From NCBI GenBank assembly GCA_041570315.1, contig JBFFWJ010000018.1, forward strand, positions 1 through 16,377: DNA of 16,377 nt, given 5' to 3'. Below, one piece after another: positions 1 through 8,373 of the stretch. Under the pieces are notes generated by a model that was given only the letters and a program-made list of their open reading frames with translations, had not been told where the DNA came from and did no database searches. The translations under genes were made by a program, and so were the position numbers. Source of the stretch: Longimicrobiales bacterium. GTDB taxonomy: Bacteria > Gemmatimonadota > Gemmatimonadetes > Longimicrobiales > Gaopeijiaceae. Position 1 is the stretch's first letter; each line of letters starts with the position of its first letter.

Positions 1-11
1 ACCAAGACCCT

Positions 12-41
12 GGCCCACCCCGTCGCGGCACCGGGTGGGCC
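12..41. terminator. GC-rich perfect inverted repeat GGCCCACCC (12-20) / GGGTGGGCC (33-41) with a 12-nt loop. Possibly a terminator-like hairpin for an upstream gene, or a regulatory palindrome.
   Basis: A 9-bp perfect complementary stem read directly from the sequence. No U-tract follows, which is common in high-GC taxa. Its function is inferred. Confidence 0.3.
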
Positions 42-100
42 CGTCGGGCTCGGGGCTCGGACGTCCGGCCCGGCGCGAGACCCCGAGGACCGCCTGCGGC

Positions 101-129
101 TTGAACTGCCCCGGGCATCGGGCTATGCT
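101..129 (+). promoter_or_regulatory. Candidate sigma70-type promoter for the amt-glnK-glnA genes: -35 TTGAAC (101-106), 17-nt spacer, -10 TATGCT (124-129).
   Basis: Hexamers and spacing read from the sequence, about 48 nt upstream of the amt start. GAGGAA, a candidate ribosome-binding site, lies at 160-165. Confidence 0.3.
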
Positions 130-176
130 GGCGGCCTTTCGCGCCCCGACACCCCGATCCCGCGAGGAACGCCCGC

Positions 177-1484
177 ATGGGGATCAGCGACCTCGAAGCC
201 ACGCTGCTCGCCACGGCGCCTGCCGTCGTCCAGGACGCGCCCGCCTTCGACGCCCTGAGCACGCTCTGGATCCTCATCGCGGCGATCCTCGTGTTCTTCA
301 TGCAGGCCGGCTTCAGCGTGCTCGAGGCCGGGCTCGTGCGGACGAAGAATGCCGGCAACGTGCTGATGAAGAACCTCCTCGACTTCTCGTCGGCGACGCT
401 GGGCTACTTCGTCTTCGGATACGCCATCATGTACGGCTCCGAGGGCCTGTTCTTCGGAACGGAAGGTTGGTTCCTGGCAGGGATCGAGTCGCCGGTCGAA
501 GGGCTCCCGGTCGAGGTGTTCTGGCTGTTCCAGGCCATGTTCGCCGGCGCGGCGGCGACCATCGTCGCGGGGGCGGTCGCGGAGCGGATGAAGTTCACCT
601 CCTACCTCGCCTATTCGTTCGTCCTGTCGGCGTTCATCTATCCGATCGTCGGCCACTGGGTCTGGGGCGGTGGATGGCTGGCCGGCCTCGGCTTCCACGA
701 CTTCGCCGGCTCCACCGTGGTGCACGCCCTGGGAGGAGTGACCGGGCTCGTGGCCGCATGGGTCCTCGGGCCCCGCTTCGGCAAGTTCAACGCGGACGGG
801 TCGCCGAACGCGATCGGGGGTCACAGCCTGCCTCTGGCTTCGCTCGGCGTCTTCATCCTCTGGTTCGGATGGTACGGGTTCAACGCCGGATCCACCCTCG
901 GGATGGGCGAGCCCGACGTGGTCGCGCGCGTCGCGATCAACACGACGCTCGCACCCTCCATCGGGGCCGTGACGGCGATGATCACGAGCTGGGTCCGATA
1001 CGAAAAGCCCGATCTGCTGCTCGCGCTCAACGGTGCGCTCGCCGGTCTGGTGGGGATCACCGCACCGTGCGCGGCCGTCAGCCCCGGAGCGGCGCTGTGG
1101 ATCGGGGCGATCGCCGGCGTGCTCTGCGTCTTCGGGATCGCGTGGATCGACGCGATTCGGGTCGACGATCCGGTCGGAGCGGTCGCGGTGCACGGGATCT
1201 GCGGCGTCTGGGGCACGCTCGCGGTCGGGCTCTGGGGTCGCGAGGAGCTCGGCGCCACCAGCGACGGACTCTTCATGGGCGGAGGCTTCGGGGCGCTGGG
1301 CATCCAGACGCTCGGCGTGATCGCGTGCGTCGGGTTCACCGCGATCGCGATGTGGATCGTGTTCACCGCGATCGACTCGGTGCTCGGCCTGCGGGTCTCG
1401 CACGAGACGGAGCTGCGCGGCCTCGACATCGACGAGCACGGAATCGAGTCGTACGGCGGCTTCCAGATCTTCACCACCGACTGA
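177..1484 (+). CDS. amt: Ammonium transporter, Amt/MEP family
   Basis: 435 aa. It is multi-pass hydrophobic and carries Amt hallmark segments (ILVFFMQAGF...LVRTKN, DFAGSTVVHALGG, GPR.GKF, FGWYGFNAGS, VHGICGVWG). GAGGAA sits 11 nt upstream of the ATG. The gene is followed by glnK, as in canonical amtB-glnK operons. Confidence 0.93.
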   Translation: MGISDLEATLLATAPAVVQDAPAFDALSTLWILIAAILVFFMQAGFSVLEAGLVRTKNAGNVLMKNLLDFSSATLGYFVFGYAIMYGSEGLFFGTEGWFLAGIESPVEGLPVEVFWLFQAMFAGAAATIVAGAVAERMKFTSYLAYSFVLSAFIYPIVGHWVWGGGWLAGLGFHDFAGSTVVHALGGVTGLVAAWVLGPRFGKFNADGSPNAIGGHSLPLASLGVFILWFGWYGFNAGSTLGMGEPDVVARVAINTTLAPSIGAVTAMITSWVRYEKPDLLLALNGALAGLVGITAPCAAVSPGAALWIGAIAGVLCVFGIAWIDAIRVDDPVGAVAVHGICGVWGTLAVGLWGREELGATSDGLFMGGGFGALGIQTLGVIACVGFTAIAMWIVFTAIDSVLGLRVSHETELRGLDIDEHGIESYGGFQIFTTD

Positions 1485-1501
1485 GGGCGAGCGTCTCTGC
1501 C

Positions 1502-1837
1502 ATGAAGATGATCATCGCGGTGATCAAGCCGGAGCAGCTTCCCGCCGTCAAGCAGGCTCTTTTTGATGCGGAGATCCGGCACATGACCGCCACGTCGGTG
1601 TTGGGGACGGCGCCTCGCACCGAGCAGCACATGTATCGCGGCGTGAAGAAGGAGGTGTCGCTCTTGAAGCGAGTGCGCCTCGAAGTCGCCGTCAACGACG
1701 CCAACCTGGAGCGAGCGATCGAGGCCATCTCACGCGGGTGCATGGAGTCGGGCGGGGCCGGAAAGATCTTCGTGACGGAGCTCCATGACGTCGTGACCGT
1801 GTGGACCGGCGAGCGCGGCTCGCGGGCGCTGTACTGA
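1502..1837 (+). CDS. glnK: PII nitrogen regulatory protein (GlnK/GlnB family), 111 aa
   Basis: MKMIIAVIKP...YRG...GAGKIFV...TGE aligns with the GlnB/GlnK fold (MKKIEAIIKPFKLDDV...GDGKIFV). It occupies the 3' end of the spurious long ORF 35-1837 and sits immediately after amt. The T-loop is one residue shorter and has Lys/Glu where the modifiable Tyr51 normally sits. Confidence 0.9.
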   Translation: MKMIIAVIKPEQLPAVKQALFDAEIRHMTATSVLGTAPRTEQHMYRGVKKEVSLLKRVRLEVAVNDANLERAIEAISRGCMESGGAGKIFVTELHDVVTVWTGERGSRALY

Positions 1838-1845
1838 GGCACGCC

Positions 1846-3282
1846 ATGGTGGATCGGCCGACCAGCCCACGCGACGTCGTCAGGATGATCAAGGACGAAG
1901 AGATCGCGTTCCTCGACCTGAAGTTCGTAGACCTGTTCGGGACGCTGCAGCACCTGACCCTGCCGGCCGAGCTCGTCGACGAGGCGCTCTTCCGCAACGG
2001 GATGGCGTTCGACGGTTCGTCGGTGCGCGGGTTCACGCGCATCAACCAGAGCGACATGCTCCTGATACCGGACGCCTCGTCCGTCTTCGAAGATCCCTTC
2101 TTCGACGATCCGGCGCTTTCCGTCTTCTGCGATATCGTCGATCCGAACGGACGCTACACCTTTTCCCGCGACCCCCGGTCCGTGGCCCGGCGGGCCGAGC
2201 AGCTGGTTCGCTCGCTCGGCATCGCGGACACCGCGTTCTTCGGCCCGGAGATCGAGTTCTTCGTCTTCGACGACGTCCGCTTCGATCAGGCCACGCAGCA
2301 CGGCTACTTCTTCCTCAACAGCTCGGCCGCTTCCTGGTCGACGGGAGAGCAGGGGGACCGTGCCAACCTGGGCCACCGGGCCGCGCAGAGGGGCGCATAC
2401 TTCTCCGCGCCCCCCGTCGACCAGTACAACAACCTGCGGTCGAAGATCTCGCACGTGCTGCGGCGCGTCGGCCTGCAGCCGGAGCTCCACCACCACGAGG
2501 TCGGGGCCGCCGGCCAGTGCGAGATCGGATTCCGCTTCGGGCCGCTCCTGCAACAGGCCGACGCCTCGATCAAGTACAAGTACGTGGTGAAGAACGTGGT
2601 CAACCGCTACGGGAAGACGGCCACGTACATGCCGAAGCCGCTCCTCCAGGAGAACGGCTCGGGAATGCACCACAACATCAGCCTCGCGAAGGACGGCCGG
2701 AACGTCTTCTACGAGGCCGGCACCTACGGGGACCTGAGCGAGATCGCGGTCCATTTCATCGGCGGGCTGCTCGAGCACGCGGCTGCCCTCTGCGGAATCT
2801 GCTGCCCGACCACCAACTCGTACCGACGCCTCGTGCCCGGCTACGAGGCTCCGATGAACCTGCTGTACTCGGGGCGGAACCGGAGCGCGTGCGTCCGCAT
2901 CCCGACCATGACCGGAGGACCCAAGTCGAAGCGGATCGAGTTCCGCACCCCGGATCCCTCCTGCAATCCCTATCTCAGCTTCGCCGCGATCATGTGCGCC
3001 GGCATCGACGGCATCCGACGGAAGGTCGTGCCGGCGGATCCGGTCGACGAGGACATCTACGAGCTCGCGGCCGGCGAGGCGGGGCGCGGGATCGAGCGGA
3101 CCCCGGGCAGCCTCGATGAGGCCGTCGCCGCGCTCGAGCGCGATCACGACTTCCTCGTCCGGGACGGCGTCTTCACGCCGGACCTCATCGAGACGTGGGT
3201 CGAGCAGAAGAGGGCGAACGAGATCGATTTCGTTCGGCTGCGCCCGCACCCGGGCGAGTTCACTCTTTACTTCAACGTGTAG
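1846..3282 (+). CDS. glnA: Glutamine synthetase type I
   Basis: About 478 aa. The N-terminal beta-grasp motifs FLDLKFVDLFG and MAFDGSS.RGF match GSI, as do the catalytic-domain motifs FGPE.EFF.FD, KPL..ENGSGMH.N.S and NRSA.VRIP. The ATG at 1846 lies 8 nt after the glnK stop. Confidence 0.95.
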   Translation: MVDRPTSPRDVVRMIKDEEIAFLDLKFVDLFGTLQHLTLPAELVDEALFRNGMAFDGSSVRGFTRINQSDMLLIPDASSVFEDPFFDDPALSVFCDIVDPNGRYTFSRDPRSVARRAEQLVRSLGIADTAFFGPEIEFFVFDDVRFDQATQHGYFFLNSSAASWSTGEQGDRANLGHRAAQRGAYFSAPPVDQYNNLRSKISHVLRRVGLQPELHHHEVGAAGQCEIGFRFGPLLQQADASIKYKYVVKNVVNRYGKTATYMPKPLLQENGSGMHHNISLAKDGRNVFYEAGTYGDLSEIAVHFIGGLLEHAAALCGICCPTTNSYRRLVPGYEAPMNLLYSGRNRSACVRIPTMTGGPKSKRIEFRTPDPSCNPYLSFAAIMCAGIDGIRRKVVPADPVDEDIYELAAGEAGRGIERTPGSLDEAVAALERDHDFLVRDGVFTPDLIETWVEQKRANEIDFVRLRPHPGEFTLYFNV

Positions 3283-3302
3283 CGGCTCCCGAAGGATTGA
3301 TC

Positions 3303-4607
3303 ATGGACCAAGCACAGCTCGTGGGGATCTACCTGGGCGTCGGGGCGCTGGCCGTCCTGGCCCTGGTGATCTTCGTGAAGGCGAACATCGTGATCTGCGC
3401 CCCGAACGAAGTCGTCATCATCTCCGGGCGAAAGCGGAGGACGAAGGACGGATCCGTCGTCGGGTACCGCCTGATTCGGGGGGGGCGAGGGTTCAAGCTG
3501 CCGCTTCTCGAGTCCGCCCACAGGCTCACGCTGACGACGCGCACGATCGAGGTGCGGCCGCACAAGGCGTTGTGTCAGGGGATGATCCCCGTCGACATCG
3601 AGGGCCGGGCGAACGTCAAGCTCGCGGGGAGGGAGGAGGACGGCCTGGAGGCTGGAATCGAACGCTTCCTCGGAAAGGGCGTGGACGCGATCGACAAGAC
3701 GGCGCAGCAGGTGCTCGAGGGCGCCCTGCGCGGCGTGGTCGCCGGAGTGCGGCCGGAGGAGGCGAACGAGCGCCGCCTCGAGCTGGCGCAGGAAGTCGGT
3801 CGGAGGGCTCGGGAGGAGCTGTCCGGGCTGGGCATCGTCCTCGACTTCTTCCAGATCCAGGATCTGTCGGACGAGGCCGGCTACCTGGAAGCGATCGGGC
3901 GCCGGAGAAACGCGGAGGTCCAGCGGGACGCGAGGATCGCCGAGGCCGAGGCCGAGGCTGAAGCGCGGCAGGTCTCGGCCGAGCAGAGGCGCCTCGGGAG
4001 AGAAGCCGAGATCGCGGCCGAGCAGCGGATCATCGAGAAGGAGAACGCCCTGGAGGTGGAGCGTGCCAACCTCGCCGCCCTGGAGAACGAGGCTCGGGAG
4101 CGGGCAGGGGTCGCCGGGCAGATCGCGCGGGTGGAGCGGGAGGTGGACCTGGAGACGAAGCGGGCCGAGCTCAGCGAGAGGCGGCACGCCGCCGACACGG
4201 TCATCCCGGCGCGCGCGCGCTCCGAGGCGGATCGCCTGCACGCCGAGGGGCGCGCCGCCCGCATCCGGGAGGAGGGGCGCGCGACGGCGGAGGCCGTGCG
4301 CGTGATGCGGGAAGAGTGGGACGGGGGCGCGACGCAGGATCTGTTCATGATTCGTATGTTCCCGGAGCTGGTCGACAAGGTCACCCGCGTCGTGGCCGAG
4401 AACCTGAGGGTCGACAAGCTGACGATTCTGGACGGGGGCGGTGAGAGCGGGGGCGACGGATTGCCCAACTACGTGCGCAACCTCACGGGGAGCGCGGTCG
4501 CGATGATGGAGCAGATGAAGAACGCGACCGGCGTCGACCTGGCGCGGCTCGCCGAGCGCGGAGGGGAGGAGCGGACGCGCGAGGGGGTGCCGCGGGAGCT
4601 GGGCTAG
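3303..4607 (+). CDS. SPFH/band-7 flotillin-like membrane protein (YqiK/FloT-like)
   Basis: An N-terminal TM helix (LVGIYLGVGALAVLALVIFV) is followed by an SPFH core (VVIISGR...TLTTRTIEV...ANVKL) and a long EA/ER-rich coiled-coil tail (AEAEAEAEARQ...). GAAGGA sits 8 nt upstream of the ATG. Confidence 0.85.
   Translation: MDQAQLVGIYLGVGALAVLALVIFVKANIVICAPNEVVIISGRKRRTKDGSVVGYRLIRGGRGFKLPLLESAHRLTLTTRTIEVRPHKALCQGMIPVDIEGRANVKLAGREEDGLEAGIERFLGKGVDAIDKTAQQVLEGALRGVVAGVRPEEANERRLELAQEVGRRAREELSGLGIVLDFFQIQDLSDEAGYLEAIGRRRNAEVQRDARIAEAEAEAEARQVSAEQRRLGREAEIAAEQRIIEKENALEVERANLAALENEARERAGVAGQIARVEREVDLETKRAELSERRHAADTVIPARARSEADRLHAEGRAARIREEGRATAEAVRVMREEWDGGATQDLFMIRMFPELVDKVTRVVAENLRVDKLTILDGGGESGGDGLPNYVRNLTGSAVAMMEQMKNATGVDLARLAERGGEERTREGVPRELG
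3939..3956 (+). repeat. Tandem hexanucleotide (GCCGAG)x3 encoding the AEAEAE flotillin EA repeat
   Basis: Read directly from the sequence. EA repeats are typical of flotillin domains. Confidence 0.6.
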
Positions 4608-4641
4608 CGCTCACGATCGCGGACGAGGCCGGGAGCATCGA

Positions 4642-5040
4642 ATGACGGAGAGGGAGTCGGCGGAGCACATCCTCCGCGAGCTGCTGAGCAGCCGCGGCCT
4701 GGGCCGCGACAGCCTGCTGTTTCGCGAGTCCCTTCCCGATTTCCTGGAGACGGACGAGGCGGGCGTCGAGACGCTCTCCGCCAATCCCGATCCGTCGGAA
4801 GCGGTCGTCGACGTGTATGAGGGGGGGCATGTCGCGCTGGCCGCGCACGTGGGGCCCGGACTCGCCTTCTCCGAGCAGCGTGACAACCAGTGGCGCGACG
4901 AAGGCCGCGTCGCGGTGGCGGTGCGGCTCGGTGACGTGCTCGATCAGGGCGGGCTGCCGTACCCCGTCGAGTCGGTGATCACGGAGCCCGTCTGGTACGT
5001 GACCCTGCCCGAGGGCCGTGTTCGCGTGACGCGTCTCTAG
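4642..5040 (+). CDS. Hypothetical soluble protein, 132 aa, no recognisable domain
   Basis: It fills the gap between the flotillin and the Cache-STAS genes on the coding strand. GGGAG lies upstream of the ATG. Codon usage looks like that of its neighbours. I find no family match. Confidence 0.4.
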   Translation: MTERESAEHILRELLSSRGLGRDSLLFRESLPDFLETDEAGVETLSANPDPSEAVVDVYEGGHVALAAHVGPGLAFSEQRDNQWRDEGRVAVAVRLGDVLDQGGLPYPVESVITEPVWYVTLPEGRVRVTRL

Positions 5041-5053
5041 CGGGCGCACCGCG

Positions 5054-6922
5054 GTGATCTCCTCGTTCATGCGCGACCGGTCGATCCGGGTCCGCTTGCT
5101 CGTCGTCTTCGCGATCGTCGCGCTCGTTTCGGTGGGAACCGTGGTCTTCGTGGCCAACCGGCTCGGATCGGTCACGCTGGAGCAGCAGGCCTTCGATCGC
5201 CTCACGTCGGTTCGGGAGCTGAAGGGGCAACAGGTCGAGCGCTACTTCCGCACCATCCGGGATCAGGTGCTGACCCACTCGGAGAACCGCATGGTGGTCG
5301 ATGCGGCGCGGGAGTTCGCTTCGGCGGCGTCCGGCCTCCAGGGCGAGTTGAGGGCGCCCTCGGCCGATGAGCGCGATCTCGCGCTTCGCCTCTACTATCA
5401 GCAGGAGTTCCTGCCGAGGCTGCGGGAGCGCGTCGACGACGCGCGGCCCCTGTCCGAGCTTTGGCCGAGCGACCCCCTCGCTCGGTCGCTGCAATACCTG
5501 TTCATCAGCGCCAGCCCGTTCGAGGTCGGCTCGAAGCACCTGCTCGACGACTCGGGAGCGGGCACGCGGTACGACGTGGTGCACCGTCGATATCACCCGC
5601 TTCTCCGGAGCTTCCTGGAGCGCTTCGGCTACTACGACGTCTTCCTCGTCGACGCGGCCACGAGCCGGATCGTGTACTCGGTGTTCAAGGAGGTCGACTT
5701 CGGAACCTCTCTCGAGCGGGGACCCCACCGGAGCTCCAGCCTCGCGACGGCCTACCGGTCCGCTCGGGACTCGGGGCTCACGTCGTTCACCCGCCTCGAG
5801 GACTTCGAGCCGTACACGCCGTCCTACGGCGCCCAGGCCTCGTTCATCGCGTCACCCGTCTACGACGGAACCGAGATGATCGCCGTGCTGGTGTTCCAGC
5901 TTCCGCTCGATCGGATCAACGACATCATGACGAGCGAGCGGGCCTGGCGGGACGTGGGCCTCGGCGCGTCGGGCGAGGCCTACCTGGTGGGACCGGACCG
6001 ACGGCTTCGGACCGAGTCACGCTTCCTCGTGGAGGCGCGGGAGGAGTACCTTCGTGCCGTCGCAGCCGCCGGCGTGGACGAGGGCACGGTGAGGTCGATC
6101 GAGGCGCTGGGCAGCGCGGTGGGGTTGCAGCCGGTGGTGACGGAGGGCGTCGATCAGGCCCTTTCCGGGCTGTCCGGCGTCGGCCGGTTCCTCGACTACC
6201 GGGACGTGGAGGTCTTCTCCAGCTTCCGGCCCCTGGACATCGACGATCTCGACTGGGTGCTCATGAGCGAGATCGACGCGAGCGAGGCGTTGGCTCCGCT
6301 GACCGCGCAGCGCAGGCGCATGCTGCTGGTGCTCGCGGTGTTCCTCCCGCTGCTGGCCGCGCTCGCCTCGTGGTTCGCGGGGAACCTCGTCCGCCCCGTC
6401 CGGGCCCTGTCCCGCAGGGCGGAGGAGCTCGCCCGGGGAGACCTGGACCGAGAGGTCGACGTGTCCCGGGGAGACGAGATCGGGGAGCTCGCGCGGAGCT
6501 TCGAGGCGATGCGCGTCGCGCTGCGCGAGCTGGTCGATCGGCAGAACCGCTCCATCGAAGCGCTGTCGACCCCGCTCATCCCGATCCACGACGATGTCGT
6601 CGTGATGCCCCTGGTCGGCGAGCTCGACGAGGCCCGGTGTGACCGGCTCCGCGAGTCGCTCATGACCCAGCTGCACGCGAAGGGCGCGCGCTGTGCGATC
6701 CTGGACCTGACGGGGGTGCCGAGGCTGGACGACTCCGTCGCGCGGGGCCTCGTGCGCATCGCGCAGACGGCGCGGTTGCTCGGGGCCCGCGCGATCATCT
6801 CCGGGGTCCGCCCCGAGCTCGCCGCGCAGCTGGCCGACGGGGACATCGACACCCAGGGAATCTCGACCGTACGCACGTTGAGGGATGCCATCGACGCGGC
6901 GACGGCGCATGGACGCAGCTGA
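5054..6922 (+). CDS. Membrane-anchored sensor: TM1, periplasmic double-Cache (dCache_1-like), TM2, HAMP, then a C-terminal RsbR-type STAS domain
   Basis: TM1 is LLVVFAIVALVSVGTVVFV. The Cache modules show GYYDVFLVDAATSRIVYSVFKEVDFGTSL and GEAYLVGPDRRLRTESRF...DWVLMSEIDASEALAPL. TM2 is MLLVLAVFLPLLAALASWFAG. The HAMP domain reads PVRALSRRAEELARGDLDREVDVSRGDEIGELARSFEAMR. The STAS domain starts STPLIPIHDDVVVMPLVGELDEARCDR...ILDLTGVPRLDDSVA...IISGVRPELAAQLADGDID, very similar to the STAS domain of the next gene. The start could be 5054 or the ATG at 5069. Confidence 0.82.
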   Translation: MISSFMRDRSIRVRLLVVFAIVALVSVGTVVFVANRLGSVTLEQQAFDRLTSVRELKGQQVERYFRTIRDQVLTHSENRMVVDAAREFASAASGLQGELRAPSADERDLALRLYYQQEFLPRLRERVDDARPLSELWPSDPLARSLQYLFISASPFEVGSKHLLDDSGAGTRYDVVHRRYHPLLRSFLERFGYYDVFLVDAATSRIVYSVFKEVDFGTSLERGPHRSSSLATAYRSARDSGLTSFTRLEDFEPYTPSYGAQASFIASPVYDGTEMIAVLVFQLPLDRINDIMTSERAWRDVGLGASGEAYLVGPDRRLRTESRFLVEAREEYLRAVAAAGVDEGTVRSIEALGSAVGLQPVVTEGVDQALSGLSGVGRFLDYRDVEVFSSFRPLDIDDLDWVLMSEIDASEALAPLTAQRRRMLLVLAVFLPLLAALASWFAGNLVRPVRALSRRAEELARGDLDREVDVSRGDEIGELARSFEAMRVALRELVDRQNRSIEALSTPLIPIHDDVVVMPLVGELDEARCDRLRESLMTQLHAKGARCAILDLTGVPRLDDSVARGLVRIAQTARLLGARAIISGVRPELAAQLADGDIDTQGISTVRTLRDAIDAATAHGRS

Positions 6923-6923
6923 G

Positions 6924-6946
6924 GGACCGGTTTTCTCGCACGGTCC
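6924..6946. other. Short inverted repeat GGACCG(6924-6929)...CGGTCC(6941-6946) with an 11-nt loop, in the 48-nt gap before the globin-RsbR gene
   Basis: Read from the sequence. The stem is weak and no U-tract follows. It may be an attenuator or an RNA-processing site, or nothing. Confidence 0.15.
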
Positions 6947-6970
6947 GTAACCGCAAAGGGTTGAGTTGAC

Positions 6971-7867
6971 ATGTCGCAGAGACAGATGACGGATCCGGGT
7001 CACATCGACCACCGGGAGCTTCTGGCGCTCTACCGCATCTCCGCCGAGGACCTCCAGCGTATCCGGGCCTTCGGGGTCCAGGCCCAGCAGCGGATGGAGG
7101 AGCTGGTGGAACGCTGGTACTCCTGGCTGGAGGGGCTCCCGGACTACCAGGACTTCTTCAGCGATCCGGAGACGCTGGCGCGCGTGCAGAGGCTCCAGAA
7201 GGACTACTGGAATGTCTTCATGAGTGCCGCGGTGGATGACGACTACGTCGCCCGGCGCGTCCTGGTCGGCGAGGCGCACGCCCGGATCGGGTTGCCGCTG
7301 AACACGTATTTCGCCGGCATGAACATGTTTCAGGAGCTCTTCAGCGAGGTGGTGCGCGACGGCGAGTTCGAGGACTCGGAGCGTCAGGCCGCGCTCGACG
7401 CGGTCGTGAAGCTCCTGCACTTCGACACCGCGATCGTCGTCGACACGTACAACCATCTGGTCGAGCAGACGCTCACCGCTCAATCCCGGGCGCTGATGGA
7501 GATGTCGACGCCGGTGACGCAGATCTGGGAGAGCCTCCTCTTTCTGCCGATCGTGGGAATCATCGATTCGCGCCGGTCTCGAGACATCATGAACGCGACG
7601 CTGAGCAAGATCGCGGAGACGCAGGCGCGGGTGTTCATTCTCGACATCAGCGGCGTCGGCGTGGTCGACACCGCCGTGGCGAACCACCTCATCAAGATCA
7701 CCCGAGCGACCAAGCTCATGGGCTGTGAGACGACGATTTCGGGTGTCTCCCCCGCCATCGCGCAGACCATCGTGGACCTCGGGATCGACGTCGGTGAAGT
7801 CAAGACCACCGCGACCATGCGCGACGCTCTGGCGGACGCCGTGCAACTCGTCGGCCGAGACCGGTAG
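6971..7867 (+). CDS. rsbR: RsbR-type stressosome sensor: N-terminal globin-coupled-sensor (protoglobin-like) domain plus C-terminal STAS
   Basis: The N-terminus carries the globin-coupled-sensor signature, including the proximal-His motif: RRVLVGEAHARIGLPLNTYFAG (compare IG.VH.RIGL.P.WY in HemAT-type sensors). The C-terminal STAS (STPVTQIWESLLFLPIVGIIDSRRSRD...ILDISGVGVVDTAVANHL...ISGVSPAIAQTIVDLGID) matches RsbR. AAGGG lies upstream of the ATG. Confidence 0.85.
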   Translation: MSQRQMTDPGHIDHRELLALYRISAEDLQRIRAFGVQAQQRMEELVERWYSWLEGLPDYQDFFSDPETLARVQRLQKDYWNVFMSAAVDDDYVARRVLVGEAHARIGLPLNTYFAGMNMFQELFSEVVRDGEFEDSERQAALDAVVKLLHFDTAIVVDTYNHLVEQTLTAQSRALMEMSTPVTQIWESLLFLPIVGIIDSRRSRDIMNATLSKIAETQARVFILDISGVGVVDTAVANHLIKITRATKLMGCETTISGVSPAIAQTIVDLGIDVGEVKTTATMRDALADAVQLVGRDR

Positions 7868-7881
7868 CCGCCGGGCCGACC

Positions 7882-8373
7882 GTGACGCCCGAAGGCGGTT
7901 TCAGGATCCCGCTCCAGCTCGCGCAGGCATGCGTGGTGGCATCGATCCAGGTCGACCTGGACGATCGAGTGCTCGCCACCTTCCGCGAGGAGCTGCTGGA
8001 TCTCGTCCGGCGCTCGGGCGCCCGGGGCGTGATCCTCGATCTCTCCGGCGTGGCCGTGATGGACACCGACGAGTTCGGAGCCCTCAGGGACACCATGAGG
8101 ATGGCCCGTCTCATGGGCGCCACGTCGATCGTGTCGGGATTGCAGCCGGGCGTCGTCTCCGCGCTGATCGACCTGGGAGCGGACACGGACGGGGTTCTGG
8201 CGACGGCGACGCTGGACGACGCCTTCGCTCGCATGCGGGAGCTTCAGGCTCCGGAGCCCGCCTCGGATGAGGGCGCCGACCACGCTCCCTCGGTCGCCGC
8301 CGAGCTGGAGGCGACCGCTTCCGACGAGCCCGGACGTCCCGAACCGGAAGGCTCCTCGCGTGACGGCGCCTAG
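7882..8373 (+). CDS. rsbS: RsbS-type single-domain STAS stressosome scaffold protein
   Basis: IPLQLAQACVVASIQVDLDDRVLATFREELL...VILDLSGVAVMD...LMGATSIVSGLQPGVVSALIDLG aligns along its full length with B. subtilis RsbS, including the phosphorylatable Ser in DLSGV. It has an acidic C-terminal tail. The start is GTG. Confidence 0.88.
   Translation: MTPEGGFRIPLQLAQACVVASIQVDLDDRVLATFREELLDLVRRSGARGVILDLSGVAVMDTDEFGALRDTMRMARLMGATSIVSGLQPGVVSALIDLGADTDGVLATATLDDAFARMRELQAPEPASDEGADHAPSVAAELEATASDEPGRPEPEGSSRDGA

Noticed and set aside
126-145. Possible sigma54 (-24/-12) promoter TGGCGG-N5-CGCG upstream of amt, as often found for nitrogen genes
   Set aside because: The -12 GC element is not at the required spacing from the GG, and there is no TTGC, so it is not a credible match.
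35-1501. 5' part of the 600-aa ORF 35-1837
   Set aside because: It overlaps amt out of frame and is Arg/Gly-rich. Only its last 112 codons (1502-1837) match a real protein (PII). The remainder is read-through in an open high-GC frame.
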